A model generated the notes under the pieces. It was not told the DNA's origin, made no database searches, and saw only the letters and a program-made list of their open reading frames with translations. The position numbers were made by a program, and so were the translations under genes. DNA of 59,489 nucleotides, filler included, from Squatina squatina (Eukaryota): NCBI GenBank assembly GCA_031763465.1. It is 3 parts of 3 records of this genome, joined end to end, with 100 filler letters (N's around TTAATTAATTAA, not from the genome) between each part and the next. Parts side by side here need not be neighbours in the genome. Positions count along the whole stretch, not along the records: positions 41,872 to 59,489 come from JARFOE010000001.1; 2 more parts are not named here. The stretch is one strand, 5' to 3'. This document shows positions 46,456 through 59,489 of the stretch, piece by piece. Position 1 is the stretch's first letter. Each line of letters starts with the position of its first letter.

Positions 46456-47686
46456 CTATTTTCAAATAAAGGTGTGTTTGGATAAGTTACTAATATAAAC
46501 AAAATGTAAAGTACTACACCTGTAACAGGAGCAATTCTTCCAGTTCACACTGCTGGAGAGGAGCCTCACCCAACAGGTGTGCAAACCGGGATATTGTGGG
46601 GGTGCTACCTATGATTTCCCAATATGCACTTCTGGACCTTGATGCTCCCACAAGCAGTGTGAACATGAAAAATTGGCTCTAATGCATATATACATTTTAA
46701 ATAAAAAAATAAGTAAATAGTACTGCACTTAAACCTTAGAAAGAAGCAGCTTGAGTTTAGGAAACAGGTTTTAGCATGTAATCTAAGGTTTTATGATTTT
46801 CACAACTTCAGGGTGTCCCAAACTGGTTTACAGCCAATGAAGTACTTTTAAAGTGTAGTTACTGTTGNNNNNNNNNNNNNNNNNNNNNNNNNNNNNNNNN
46901 NNNNNNNNNNNNNNNNNNNNNNNNNNNNNNNNNNNNNNNNNNNNNNNNNNNNNNNNNNNNNNNNNNNGAAGAAATGACACAACTTCAGGAAGACCACAAA
47001 GGTAAAGCGTGGGTATCATTGTTGAGTAACAGCACAATTATTTTATGGACATAATGGTCTGCAGTTGTTAAAGTGATATGCCAAAAATAGTGTAATCCCA
47101 GAAAAATGCTAGCAAGGATGTAGTAAGATATTATGGGTGCAAATAGCAAGGTTATAAAAATTACATGATACCTATCATTATTAGAAAACAAAGGTACAGC
47201 ATGAAGGAATTCGCATATGCCAAATCATGATTCCTCAAGCCCACTAAAAGTTGTTGTTTAATGATAAATTTGGCATATAAAGAGTGGATGTAGTGTGCAA
47301 CACGTAGTGAAAAGAACGTGCTGCATTTGAGCACACATTATTTGATTTAATCAGGAGACGCTGCAAGGCATATGGGGTCTATAGGACTGCAGAGTCTGGA
47401 CTAAGGTGTGGAGAACTAAGTAGCCAATTTGCATGTTAAAAGTGGCCTCCCACCTGAAATAGGGAGTGCTCTGGCCGCCCATTTTCACCAGGGGTCAGAA
47501 ATGGCAGCAGCCATCTCACATACAGGAATGAGGTAGTAAGTGGCGTGGTGACATTTTCGGCCCACGATTGCCCCGTTCCCACCAGTACTGATAATCAGGG
47601 CCAATGGGTCTTTTTTTTAATGGTAATGCTTGGCAAACGCACTACACAGACAGTGAACATACGATTGAAAAGGTTTTGAAACTGAC

Positions 47687-47853
47687 CTGAAGATCTCAGA
47701 AACTGAAAAGCTTCAGTCTGTCCCATAGCTTGAAGGAATTCCAACAGGTCTTTCACAGTCACGCCCCGGTTACCCATCACATGGAGCAAACTTCGACTGG
47801 GACTTCCATCAGGATCCAGTACTTTCAGCGAGCATTTATCCAAGTCTTCCGAG
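47687..47853 (-). CDS. MALT1: MALT1-family paracaspase, death-domain exon
   Basis: ctttttgcag|xSEDLDKCSLKVLDPDGSPSRSLLHVMGNRGVTVKDLLEFLQAMGQTEAFQFLRSS|gtcagt; 167 nt; human LDLEQCSLKVLEPEGSPSLCLL...FLQAMEHTE. Confidence 0.9.
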
Positions 47854-48639
47854 CTGCAAAAAGAATGTTTGCATGTGATGTCTTTGAGATCATGAAAGGA
47901 ACTGACAAAGTGGATCTAGTAAGTTGTTAGTCATTGCAAAGGGTTTAAATAACAAAAAGTACTAACTTAGAAGCAAGAAGGGAAGATAGGCAAACATTTT
48001 AAGCCAAAAAGTAATAATCTTAAGTAAATCATGCTGAGTGGCTTTGAACTAATTAGTATAAATATGTTCAGGATGCAACAAATATGCTTCTGCAAAAGAA
48101 TAATGGATTGAAGGATATGGTGAGAAGCAGGTAGGTATGTCTCAAATCAATCTAAAAGGGGGTAAATTGTTGGGCCGAATGGCCTTTTCCTGTTACTATC
48201 ATTTTAAGTCCAAGAGTTGCTGGCATAAGTACTGCATCAGAGAAGGTTCTGTAACAATTCAAGTTTCTCTTCCAACTTGCATCCATGGTTGAAAGATAGT
48301 TTTCCATAAGCAGATGAAGACTTGTCTGAACCAAAATCTATGTCGTTATATGCACCTTGCATGTATTAGCATGTCATAAGACCATAAGAAGTAGGAGCAG
48401 GAGTAGGCCATTCGGCCTGTCAAGCCCACTCCGCCATTCAATTGGATCATGGCTGATCCGACATTTCTCAATTCCACCTCCCCGCCTTCTCCCCANNNNN
48501 NNNNNNNNNNNNNNNNNNNNNNNNNNNNNNNNNNNNNNNNNNNNNNNNNNNNNNNNNNNNNNNNNNNNNNNNNNNNNNNNNNNNNNNNNNNNNNNCCTGC
48601 TCCTATCTTCTATGTTTCTATGTTTCTATTTCTTATATT

Positions 48640-49910
48640 CTCTGCTCCTTCACTCCCTTTAAAATTGTGCCATTTAGTTTATACTTCCTCTGGTAATTTT
48701 TCTTTCCAAATGGATCACTTCACACTTCTCTGCATTAAATTTCATCTGTCATGTGTCTGCTTATTTCACCAGTCTCTCTATGTCCTACTGCAGTCTACTA
48801 CTATTTTCCTCACTGTTTATTACATTTCCAAGCTTGGTTTCATCTGCAAACTTTGAAAATATACCCTTATACCCAAGTCTTTGAGCACTGCCAACTATTT
48901 TAGTACCTCCTCTTTATCTATTTTTATCCTTTCCAATTTCTCTATTCCTCCNNNNNNNNNNCTTTACTGTAACATTGGCAGCATCCTCTTCTTTAGTGAA
49001 GACAGATGTAAACTACTCATCAGTACCTCAGCTATGCCTTGTGCCTTCACAAGAAGATTTCCTTAATCGGTCCCAACTTTCCTGTGACTATCCTTTTAAT
49101 CTTCATATGTTTACAAAATACTTTAGAGTTCCCCTTTATGGTATCCACTGATCTCTTCTCATCTATTCTCTTTGCCCCTCTTATTTCCTTTTTGAATTTA
49201 CTTCTGAGCTTTCTGTTTCTGCTTCTCTACCATATTATTAACAACAAAACTGTTGTTGTCTCCAACATGTTATTAACAACAACAAAATTGTTGTTATATT
49301 AATAACCTGACATTTAGCTTCCTTTTTCTGTTCCATTTTAATTAATTTAGTCATCCAAGGAACTCTAGCTTTGGCTGCCCTCCCTTTCCCCCTCATAAAA
49401 GTGTATAGCCAAACTATCTCCTTCTTGAAGGCTTCCCATTTCTCATTTACTGTTTTACCTGCCAATCTTTGTTTTCAATCCACCTGGGTCTCATTCCTTT
49501 TCAACTTACTGAAATTAGCCCTCTTCCATTTGAGATCTTTACCTTTGATTTCCTCTTGTCCTCTTCCATAACTACTCTAAATCTAATGATATGGTGATCA
49601 CAGTTTCCCAAATGCTCTCCCACTGAAACATGTCCCACTTACCTCCCGAGAACTAGATCCAGTGCTACCTTCTTCCTTGTTGGGCTGCAAACATACTGAC
49701 CAAGAAAGCTCTCCTGCATACATTTCAGGAATTCCTTCCCTCCTTGCCCTTTATACTGTTTTTATTTCCCCAGTCTATATTAGGATAATTGAAGTGCCCT
49801 ATTATAATTACTTTATTGCTTTTACATCGTTCTGAAACTTATCTGCAAATTTACTCCTCCTTCTCCTTCCCACTATTTGGTGGTCTATAGTGTACATAGC
49901 CAGCAGCGTA
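48640..49910 (-). mobile_element. Degenerate CR1-type LINE ORF2 (endonuclease-linker region)
   Basis: AGKTVNEKWEAFKKEI...AAKARVPWMTK; SDH-like region near 49590-49620. Confidence 0.7.
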
Positions 49911-50649
49911 ACGGCTCCTCCTCTGCTCTTTAACTCCAATCAAATAGATTCTGGTTGCCCAATTGGTCCTCCAGCACTGGCGCTAAATTGGCGTAGAAGT
50001 GGCGTAAGGNNNNNNNNNNNNNNNNNNNNNNNNNNNNNNNNNNNNNNNNNNNNNNNNNNNNNNNNNNNNNNNNNNNNNNNNNNNNNNNNNNNNNNNNNNN
50101 NNNNNNNNNCCATTCAATATGATCATGGCTGATCATCCAAATTCAGTATCCTGTCCCTGCTTTCTCCCCATATCCCTTGATCCCTTTAGCAATAAGAACT
50201 TGATACAGCATACCCTATTGAATGATAGTTAGGCAAGTAGTTGCTGCTGAAGCTTTACTTGCCTAACTGCATCAAATTCATAGCAGGCACCACCCTTTGA
50301 TAATATGGGCACGTTGTCCCATACCTGACCTTCCAGCAGCTGCCATACCAAGCCTTACACCCTCATTGTGAGAAGAAAATGCAGAGTTTAGTACAGAAAA
50401 AGATTGCCAAGTCCCTCTTGTTTAACATTAGACTTGAGAAGACAATGGGGTGTCTGTGAGTAGCATTGCATTCCCCAAATCTGCAGTACAATAAGAGCAA
50501 AATCTTCAATGACACATTCATGGCTTATTTCTGTTACTTCGAAATGGTTTATCTTTGCTGGAAACTTCTAAAAATGTTAGACAAACAGCTTACAGTGTCA
50601 CAGTCAACATATCAGGTTAAAATAACTTTATTTTCTCACTTTTTTTTAG

Positions 50650-50921
50650 GAGAGGAAATTGAGTTGTTACAACCCATAGTTGAAAAGGAGCTCATAAATG
50701 AGTGTAATTTTAATGCCAAGATGTGTGGGAGTATCGCAACAGAAGAATTACATTTTGGTGAAGGATTGCATCGAAAAGCATTTCGGACAAAAGTTATTTA
50801 TGGCCTTGTACCTCTGTTTGATCCCGGACACAGCTGTGTCTTAAAAATTCACAATGCTATTTCATATGGGACTAAAACAAACAGTGAGCTCATACAACGG
50901 AACTATATGTTGGCAGTACAG
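50650..50921 (+). CDS. ALPK2: Alpha-protein kinase 2-like, kinase domain exon
   Basis: tttttttag|(G)EEIELL...[63 protein letters not shown]|gtaaa; the [11 protein letters not shown] and CVLKxHNAI motifs are ALPK2-type. Confidence 0.9.
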
Positions 50922-50939
50922 GTAAAATATACAGACTGA

Positions 50940-51128
<189 letters not shown>

Positions 51129-53532
51129 TGATGGGCACGTCCTTGTCAGAAAGTAGAAAAAAAAACGTGCAATACAAACAGCAAATGCTAAAAGTGTTTG
51201 AGGCAGAATAGAAACCGCCTCGAAAGGACATGCGTAAGAGGCCTCTGACAATCGGTACCTGAGANNNNNNNNNNGGCAACAAGCTGCGGCAGCGGGGTGG
51301 GTGGGTGACTACAACAGGCAAAAGAAAGGTGTTGTTGTGGAGATGCAGATGGTCCGCCGAGAATTTTGTTTTTAAAAATCATTAAAAGTCAGGTTGTGGA
51401 GTTGGAGTCACTCCTTAGGCTTTTTTGCTGATGGGGAAAGAAAGGAGGAAGGAATAGAAAGAAGGGGAGGTAGAAAGAGGAAAGGCAGAAACTTGCAAAA
51501 GAGAGANNNNNNNNNNNNNNNNNNNNNNNNNNNNNNNNNNNNNNNNNNNNNNNNNNNNNNNNNNNNNNNNNNNNNNNNNNNNNNNNNNNNNNNNNNNNNN
51601 NNNNNNNNNNNNNNNNNNNNNNNNNNNNNNNNNNNNNNNNNNNNNNNNNNNNNNNNNNNNNNNNNNNNNNNNNNNNNNNNNNNNNNNNNNNNNNNNNNNN
51701 NNNNNNNNNNNNNNNNNNNNNNNNNNNNNNNNNNNNNNNNNNNNNNNNNNNNNNNNNNNNNNNNNNNNNNNNNNNNNNNNNNNNNNNNNNNNNNNNNNNN
51801 NNNNNNNNNNNNNNNNNNNNNNNNNNNNNNNNNNNNNNNNNNNNNNNNNNNNNNNNNNNNNNNNNNNNNNNNNNNNNNNNNNNNNNNNNNNNNNNNNNNN
51901 NNNNNNNNNNNNNNNNNNNNNNNNNNNNNNNNNNNNNNNNNNNNNNNNNNNNNNNNNNNNNNNNNNNNNNNNNNNNNNNNNNNNNNNNNNNNNNNNNNNN
52001 NNNNNNNNNNNNNNNNNNNNNNNNNNNNNNNNNNNNNNNNNNNNNNNNNNNNNNNNNNNNNNNNNNNNNNNNCTACGCACACAGAGCTGTGAGGATATGG
52101 AATTCACTTCCAGGGTTAGTGGTTGAGGTAGAAACTATATCAACGTTCAAGATTAGATTGCATTGGTGGGTGAAGGAAAAGTGGTTATAGGGACCTGAGA
52201 ACAGGGTGGGTAAATGTGATTAGAACTATATACTCACAGGGAGGGTAAATGTCGATATGGACAGGTTGGGCCAAATTACTTGTTTCCTTGTTGCAACTAC
52301 TTTGTAAACGTGGACATAACAATTTATAATAGAAAAAATGCTGGCACAGGAAGTGCATATGGGTCCAAGATTTTTTAATATATTGAAGTAGATATTTTAA
52401 CTGTGTCAACTTTTTCCCATTATAAATTCCTATTTTATCTGAGTATTCTGAGCACGAGCAGTTTGCAGAATTTCCCGGCATGTAAACTTTGCATCAACAG
52501 GAGTTGAAGAATGTGTCCCCTCAACATGTGAGGATTTGACAATTTCTTTTGCTTTTTCCAAAAGACTGAGAATTTAATCTCTGGTTTCTTTTAAAGCTTT
52601 ATTTCAGGCAAGTAATGACATTTATTAAGAAATGCTGTTTTCTGTTATGAAGTGCTCAGACAGACAACACCTGTGAATGGTAGCACCCAAGAATAGTAAC
52701 ACCTGCTTTCTTTATGGTTATAAAAGAAAACAGATTGTTTATTGAGAATGGATTGTTGTTAAAAATTCATTTAATCCATTTTTGAGGTTTATGGAGTATT
52801 TTAAAACTCTTGGAAACTGCATTTATTACCCCAAAAAAGCATTTACTATGGTAATTTTCACTTGTTTATGGAAATGTAAACTGGATAAGCTGACAAAGTC
52901 AGTAATAGTGCATGGAAGCATCAGTGTTCCGTTTCTGCACTCCTAGCTAGCATAGGCTGGGTATGCATTTTGAGAAGTTGTAAAACTCCCAGCCTATGAT
53001 TTTCTGGCCAGTAATTTTAAGAAGCAAAAGATTTACGCTCAAGTAACTTTAGGCAGAAACATAAAAGCTGATATTGGCTGAGTGGTGGGGGACGTGGCCG
53101 AGGATACCTGAGGGTATAAAAGAGGCTGTGGACAAATTGGAGGAGGCGGCTAATGGGCGGGAGCACAGTGGGAGGAGGGGGCATTGGGGCCTGATGGTTT
53201 CCAAAGGGCCGAGGGCAATTTGTGTCCCATTCTCCTCAGGCCCCTTCCCAACCGGGCAGCTANNNNNNNNNNNNNNNNNNNNNNNNNNNNNNNNNNNCCA
53301 TCCTGGTTGAGAATCCGCTAACGTAGCACAGACTGGGACCTTCTTGCCTGTCTGGCTCAGTTACACATTGCAGAGCAATTCCTTTAATAACCATGCTAAT
53401 TTCTGACCTTATTTTTCATGTGCTTCAGTTACTGTAATTAAATAGCAAATGTTTAGCAAATGTTTTTGTTATCCAGCTGGCAGGAGGTACATATCCAATA
53501 CCAGGTGTTACACAATCATGTTTCTTTTCTAG

Positions 53533-53750
53533 AGTTATTCCCATATATCTGATTCACCGCCCAGCAAGCAACATCCCTTATGCAACTGTAGAAGAGGAAC
53601 TGATAGGAGAGTTTGTTAAGTATTCAGTGAAGGATGGCTGGGAGCTGAATGTTGGTAGAAGAGAATCTGAAGTTGGTCAGAAATGCTGTACATTCCAGCA
53701 CTGGGTGTATCAGTGGACAGAAGGAAACCTCCTTGTTACAGATATGCAAG
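53533..53750 (+). CDS. ALPK2: ALPK2-like kinase domain exon
   Basis: tttcttttctag|[73 protein letters not shown](G)|gtaaat; not in the supplied ORF track, translated by hand. Confidence 0.93.
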
Positions 53751-53899
53751 GTAAATATGATGTATTTCTTTGCAACCATTTAAAAGAGAGAATGCTCTAG
53801 AGCTGTGTAGGATGGCCAGTGTCTGTTCTAGTGATGCAGTTTATATATACTAACTGATCCAATATCAGAATCAGAAATGAAAAGAGTATTATAATTATC

Positions 53900-54110
53900 A
53901 TAGAATCTTGCAGCATGGAGGAGGCCATTCAGCCCATCTTGCCTCATTTGAAAGAGCTATCCAATTAGTCCCATCCCTGGCTGTTTACCCATAGCCCTGC
54001 AATTTTTTCTTTTTCAAGTATATATCCAATTCCCTTTACTTCGACTACCATTTCAGATGTTGCATTCCAGATCTTAACAACTCGCTGTGTAACAAAAAAT
54101 TCTCCTCATA
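53900..54110 (-). mobile_element. CR1/HER1-type LINE 3' end
   Basis: Same family as 25890-26135. Confidence 0.7.
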
Positions 54111-54682
54111 AATATGCCAACTTATCCCAAAGTACTTGTCATTGCTTCAGTCATGGTAGTTGTATTGTACAGTTTGCCCAATGAGAAGAATTTCAGTTCC
54201 TTGTTGTCACCATTAAAATTTAACCGGTATTTGGACACAAGTAAACAGAGCCTTAAGTATGCATATAGAGCGCTGTTTTCCTGACCAAAGAGGGGTATGG
54301 AGCCAATGGTATAAGTCAGGCCTGACCACCCAGTATCATTTGAAACAGGTACCAATCTCAGTACTTGTAGTATAACTGCACCCCGAGAAGACTCTCAGTA
54401 TACACATGTACTCCCACATTGTTGGGGACCAACTAATCACTATATTTCCATAAAAAACATGCTCTCATGCATCTGTCACCATTTCTATTAATTTGGGGAT
54501 GGACCCAAGCTTTATATGCGTCAGAATTAGTCTAAAAGACTACCCGCAGATAGGTCAGTTAGGAAGTCACAGACATCGCTATAATTTCACCCCAGGTGTT
54601 ACACTGTGTCAAATAGTGCAATGTTAACTATCTCCAAGTTTTGACACCTTGCTGTGTCAGGGAACCAAAGTGCAGGTAGTCA

Positions 54683-55399
54683 AAACAAAAACAGAAAATG
54701 CTGGAAATACTCAGCAGGTCAGGCAGCGTCTGTGAAGAGAGAAACAGAGTTAACGTTTCAGGTCGATGACCCTTCATCAGAACTGGATAAAGCTAGAGAA
54801 TGAGCAGGTTTTAAGAAAGTACAGAGGCAGGGAAAGGGGGGAGGGAGGAAAGAATAAAAGGGATGATGGTGCAAGGTAAAAGGGGATGGTAGTAGNNNNN
54901 NNNNNATTACCAACAGCTGCTGTCTGAAAAAATAGAAGTGGTGGTTATGATCTGAAATTGTTGAACTCAATGTTGCATCCAGAAGGCTGTAAAGTGCCTA
55001 ATCGAAAGATGAGGTACTGTTCCTAGAGCTTCCATTGAGCTTCATTAGAACAGTGTAGAAGACCAAGGACAGAGAGGTCAGAATGGGAGAGGAGAATTAA
55101 AATGACAGGCGACTGGAAGCTCAGGGTCATGCTTGCGAACTGAATGGAGGTGTTCCGCAAAGTGATCACCTAATCTCAGAGTCATAACGGCACAGAAGGA
55201 AGCCATTTGGCCCATCGAGTCCATGCTGGCTCTCTCTAGAGCAATTCAGTCAGTCCCACTATCCACCCACCTCTCCAAATCTACATTTGGTCTCCCCATT
55301 GGAAAGGAGACCACATCGTGAGCAGCGAATACTGTATACGAACTTGAAAGAAGTACAAGTAAATCACTGATTGTCCTGGAAGGAATGTTTGGGGCTCTG
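54683..55399 (-). mobile_element. Penelope-like retroelement 3' fragment with decayed GIY-YIG endonuclease, interrupted by a CR1-type tail (~55175-55275)
   Basis: Minus-strand translation FTCTSFKFVYSIRCSRCGLLSNGETKCRF / GDHFAEHLHSVRKHDPELPVACHFN / LSVLGLLHCSNEAQWKL*EQYLIFRLGTLQPSGCNIEFN, followed by the hammerhead-bearing terminal repeat. Confidence 0.8.
54748..54784 (-). ncRNA. Minimal type-I hammerhead ribozyme motif downstream of a Penelope GIY-YIG remnant
   Basis: Minus strand reads AGUU-CUGAUGA-A-GGGUC(AUC)GACCU-GAAA-CG-UU-AACU. Confidence 0.7.
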
Positions 55400-56695
55400 N
55401 NNNNNNNNNNNNNNNNNNNNNNNNNNNNNNNNNNNNNNNNNNNNNNNNNNNNNNNNNNNNNNNNNNNNNNNNNNNNNNNNNNNNNNNNNNNNNNNNNNNC
55501 CTACGATTTAAAATTACAGTTGGCTAGAGCAGGTCAGGAAGCTAGTAGCTGAGTCCCTTGTTCCATTTTAACTGCCCCCACCCTGCATCCGGTTTCCATT
55601 AGGTGAGGGGGATTATTGTTCCCATGTGTGTTCTGGCACATCATTGTATGGTTCCTGTCACAGTTCATTAACTGCCACTGTCCACCTATGTGTGGAAAGC
55701 ATCATTATGTGCAGCACTGTGGTGGTAATTTAGTTGCAGGATTGCATGTGCCATCAAGTGAATGAACTGTCATTTAGAGGGAACTGAGTGATGCAGTAAA
55801 TTGGAATACCTATGTGCTGGCTTTTTACAGTGATCCTTTTCACTAAGTTTCCAATCTCTGCCATATCTATGGGGGATTGTCAGACCGAGTTGAAACTGAG
55901 GACGACAAACACTTTCCCAGAGGGTAAGCTATTTTGTGGAACATGCTAAAGCGTTTCCCAGTAATTCAATTTACAGCAGCAGCCAGAGGACAGGTTGCAT
56001 GCTTTCTTAGACTTGGGAAGAAAAAGAGAGAATATTACACTCATTATTTATGTTCATAAGAATTCAGATTTTTTAAATTTTTTTAATTCTGCTGTTTATG
56101 GAGAGGAGTTGCTGGAAATAATCGAAGGAAGTGATGGGACCATTCTCCCAAATAATGCAAAGTGAAAAATCTAACAAAGTCTATTCTGGACTTGCGAGGG
56201 TCAGGAATTTACCCTTTTGTCTTTTTTGGGGGCCACTAGCAGAAAATGATTGACCTACCTTGTACTGAGCAAAATACAACATGACACAGGCAGGTTTTGC
56301 TGGACTGGTTTAAGGGAAGGCCATTTTACTGACTAAGTGACGAAGTGCAACAGCGCAATTTAGTGGCAGATGTATGGTACTACATGAACAAAATCTCAAG
56401 CAATAGCCCCTTAAAGCTGCACGTAAGTTTTTTGAAAGACAAATCTCACTTCTGACACAATCTGAAAGTCTAGACCTTCCAGGTCTGTATGGTTCAGTGG
56501 TGCATTTATCAGCCAAGCCATTGATGGAGTTACACAATTAGTTTTTCCAAAGANNNNNNNNNNATGGAACATATCAAAGGGTAAGTTTTTGATAAAGAGT
56601 TAGCAACAAATAGACCTGTTGTGGCTGCATAAATTAGGGGATCATAGGCAAGGCAGGTCAATTGTATATCTAATCTCCTGTTTATTCTCTTCCAG

Positions 56696-56939
56696 ATACA
56701 AAGGATTTAAAGGGAACTGTTCAGTTTCCTTTATTGATCAGTTCAAAGCCCTCCATCAGTGTAATATGTACTGTAAAATTATGGGTTTGAAATCTCTGAA
56801 AGTCTCTCAACACAAGCCCAAGAGGAATCCACCAATGAAGACCCAAATGTCACAGCCAACCCCACGGAGCACGAGAAGGAGCTTTACTTCTCAGTCAAAG
56901 AGCATATCTGGAGACAAAACTTTACAGAAACATCTATAA
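56696..56939 (+). CDS. ALPK2: ALPK2-like terminal coding exon
   Basis: ctcttccag|[35 protein letters not shown]...LQKHL*; alpha-kinase GxxGNC and HxCNxxC zinc motifs. Confidence 0.92.
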
Positions 56940-59489
56940 GCTCTTGAAACATTCAATTCCACTGCAATATGAGCCCTGTATCTTATTTGTGTTGGTTATA
57001 TTGTATCACATTGTCAGTTATGAAGCTTTTTGTCGAACTTATCAATGCAAGTGAAAAAATACAAGGGTAAACTCATCAATCCCACGCACCTAGTAAGGAG
57101 CTAAACTTGAAGAGAGCACAGGTCAAAAAAACTGCACAGCACCATTGTAGGTATTTTTGGGATTCATGCTCCCTTTGAGCTTCGCTCCCTTCTGGGAGCA
57201 CAAAATCAGAAATGTACCCTTTGTAGTTCTGAAGTATAATAGCTTCAGTGGTCGTGATATATGTTAACAAAGTACTGTAATCTGAATAGAAGCATGATGA
57301 AGTTCCCTATTACCTGCATGGTATCTGATAAGCAATTCTGTCACCTCAAGTCTCCAATCTCTCATTTCACTGCTACCTGTCTTGNNNNNNNNNNNNNNNN
57401 NNNNNNNNNNNNNNNNNNNNNNNNNNNNNNNNNNNNNNNNNNNNNNNNNNNNNNNNNNNNNNNNNNNNNNNNNNNNNNNNNNNNCCATTAGAAATATATT
57501 CCTGTATTTTTAATGGGTTCGTCAAGGGGCAGTTGTGTAAGGAGTGGCCCAATGTTAGATGGATAATCACAAGGCTGTTGTCCTGGCAACCTAAAAAATA
57601 CTGATAAAGTAATGGACCAATGACGGGCCACTAATCTCTTTAAATGCTGCAAAAGTAGCAAAGAGGATCAATTTAGTATGGGTATCCTCTGAATGCCCAC
57701 AAACCTTTGCCTTGGTGTCACAACATTTCAAAATACAATGAAGGGTTGCAAAGAAAGTTATCTGAGAGANNNNNNNNNNGAGAGAGTAAATATGAACCCC
57801 ACACCTTCATCTGTTGCTTGTTTGCCCATTCTAAGTACTGATAACGATCATGCTTGTTATCTGAATGCACTAAGTTTCTTTCACCAGGAACCACAAAATG
57901 TATTTTTTGTTGGTGGCCTTTCCCTTCCACACTAATTTTTAAAAATCACATTGTTTAAGGTCTTAAAGACCATGTATTGTAATTTCAAATTAGCAGCTCA
58001 GGTTGACTTATAATTTGTTGCCTGTAATCAAAATCTACAGGCAAATGAAGATCAAGAAACAGAGCAAAAACATATTGGAATTTAAGTTCATATAGATTTG
58101 CTCATATGGTCTTGATTTAATTCAATTTGACTATGAGATTCTAGTTTTCAAACAAAAACTATTTCTTGCTTCAGTACAAGTAAATGTGGCTGAAGGATTG
58201 GACTGGCTGTTCTGTTATTTNNNNNNNNNNNNNNNNNNNNNNNNNNNNNNNNNNNNNNNNNNNNNNNNNNNNNNNNNNNNNNNNNNNNNNNNNNNNNNNN
58301 NNNNNNNNNNNNNNNNNNNNAATAAAAGTAAACTTATTTATCAACTAATAATGTAAAAGAGAAACAGGAAACTATTGTCATACATGCAAAGTTGTTTATT
58401 TTTCAATATCTCAAAGTGTGATAATACAGCTGCTGCAACACTATTTAAAGGAATGAAGGACAGAGCACAACAAAGAGAATCTTCATTTAGCGCTGTCATT
58501 GAATTCTTTTGCAAATAGTTTCTGAAAAGTGGAAATATTCCATCAATAGAATTATTCATGATCAATTATTAAGTCAATAAATTAACATTTATTTTCCTTA
58601 AGATTTATGATAAAAATGGAGCCATTTTCATTGTTAATTATGTTTCTATTTTCAGGCTAAATGCAATGAACCGTATTAATTAACCATAGTTAATAAAGAT
58701 CATGCAGAAAACAAAGAAAGCTGATGGACTTTACCCTTCATAATTAAAATGTACACCGAGTATATGTATAATGAAATTTATACACTTCGTGCCAAAAAAA
58801 CCAAATCAGCAAAATAGCAGGTGCTTGGCAAATATACATATAAAAAGCAAGGTAAGCCATACAGACATCACAGGTCTGTTGAGACCAAATGACAGTTGTA
58901 AATGATGAATTCATACCACTTTTGAGTCTTGATAGCAAAGCTAGAATTAGATATTTTCAAATGCTAGATGTGCAGAATCAATAGGTTTCATTGCCAATAC
59001 ACAAGATATTATTACACTACATGCTGAGTATATTTAACAAATTGGAAATGAGGAGGATGTCATCCTTAATTTCAAAATTAGTAATTGGACAAGCAAACAA
59101 TATGGTGACCTGCACCACTTTAACTCAGGCTCCATCTATCATAGAATCAATATCTGTTCATTTTTTTAATAAAAGAATCAGATCCAATTTAAATCCACCA
59201 TTCATGGCATTCTGGCTCACTGTGCAATAATGCTCAGCAAAGTGAGTTGAAGAAAAGGGAATTCTGTGTGCATCTTTAGCCCCTGGAAACCATTCAGTTG
59301 AGAGACTGGACAGGCAAAATGGGAAAGCGGTTCTACAGCACTGCAATTTGAAACTGGGAAAACTTCTACCTGAAAGTGAATTTGGGAATAAGTTGTTTCA
59401 ATTAGTTCTCCTTCGGAGAGAAAACATTCAACAGCATCGAGTTAGGAAATCAAGAACCGATTATATGCCGTAAGCAAGTTGCCATTAAA

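Noticed and set aside
46518-46610. Additional paracaspase exon candidate (GSTPTISRFAHLLGEAPLQQCELEELLLLQ)
   Set aside because: No similarity to the MALT1 Ig2 sequence, and it would leave only a ~60-nt intron.

Overview
This is eukaryotic, jawed-vertebrate genomic DNA. The repeat content (Deu-domain SINEs, CR1/HER1-type LINE tails, Penelope-like elements) points to a cartilaginous fish. The assembly is a heavily fragmented draft, with many 100-N gaps and two artificial N44-TTAATTAATTAA-N44 spacers (16679-16778, 41772-41871) that split the window into three blocks. Block 1 holds SIPA1L2 exons (+). Block 2 holds SEMA3G (+), the last exon of SEMA3B (-), a divergent ELK/TCF ETS exon (-), BRK1 (-) and nine FANCD2 exons (-), a human-3p-like neighbourhood. 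Block 3 holds ACVR2B (-), a MALT1-family paracaspase (-) and an ALPK2-like alpha-kinase (+), plus a stray SIM2 exon 54 bp after an ALPK2-like exon. No gene is complete, and gene calls come from my recollection of vertebrate protein sequences, not from a database search. The best leads are (i) a possible fourth ELK/TCF ohnolog, (ii) a paracaspase/ALPK2-like pair beside ACVR2B that may be the PCASP2-type paralogous block rather than MALT1-ALPK2 proper, and (iii) minimal hammerhead ribozyme motifs in Penelope-like repeats. Several apparent oddities are probably misassembly. There are no prokaryotic features such as CRISPR arrays or operons. Repeat boundaries are approximate.
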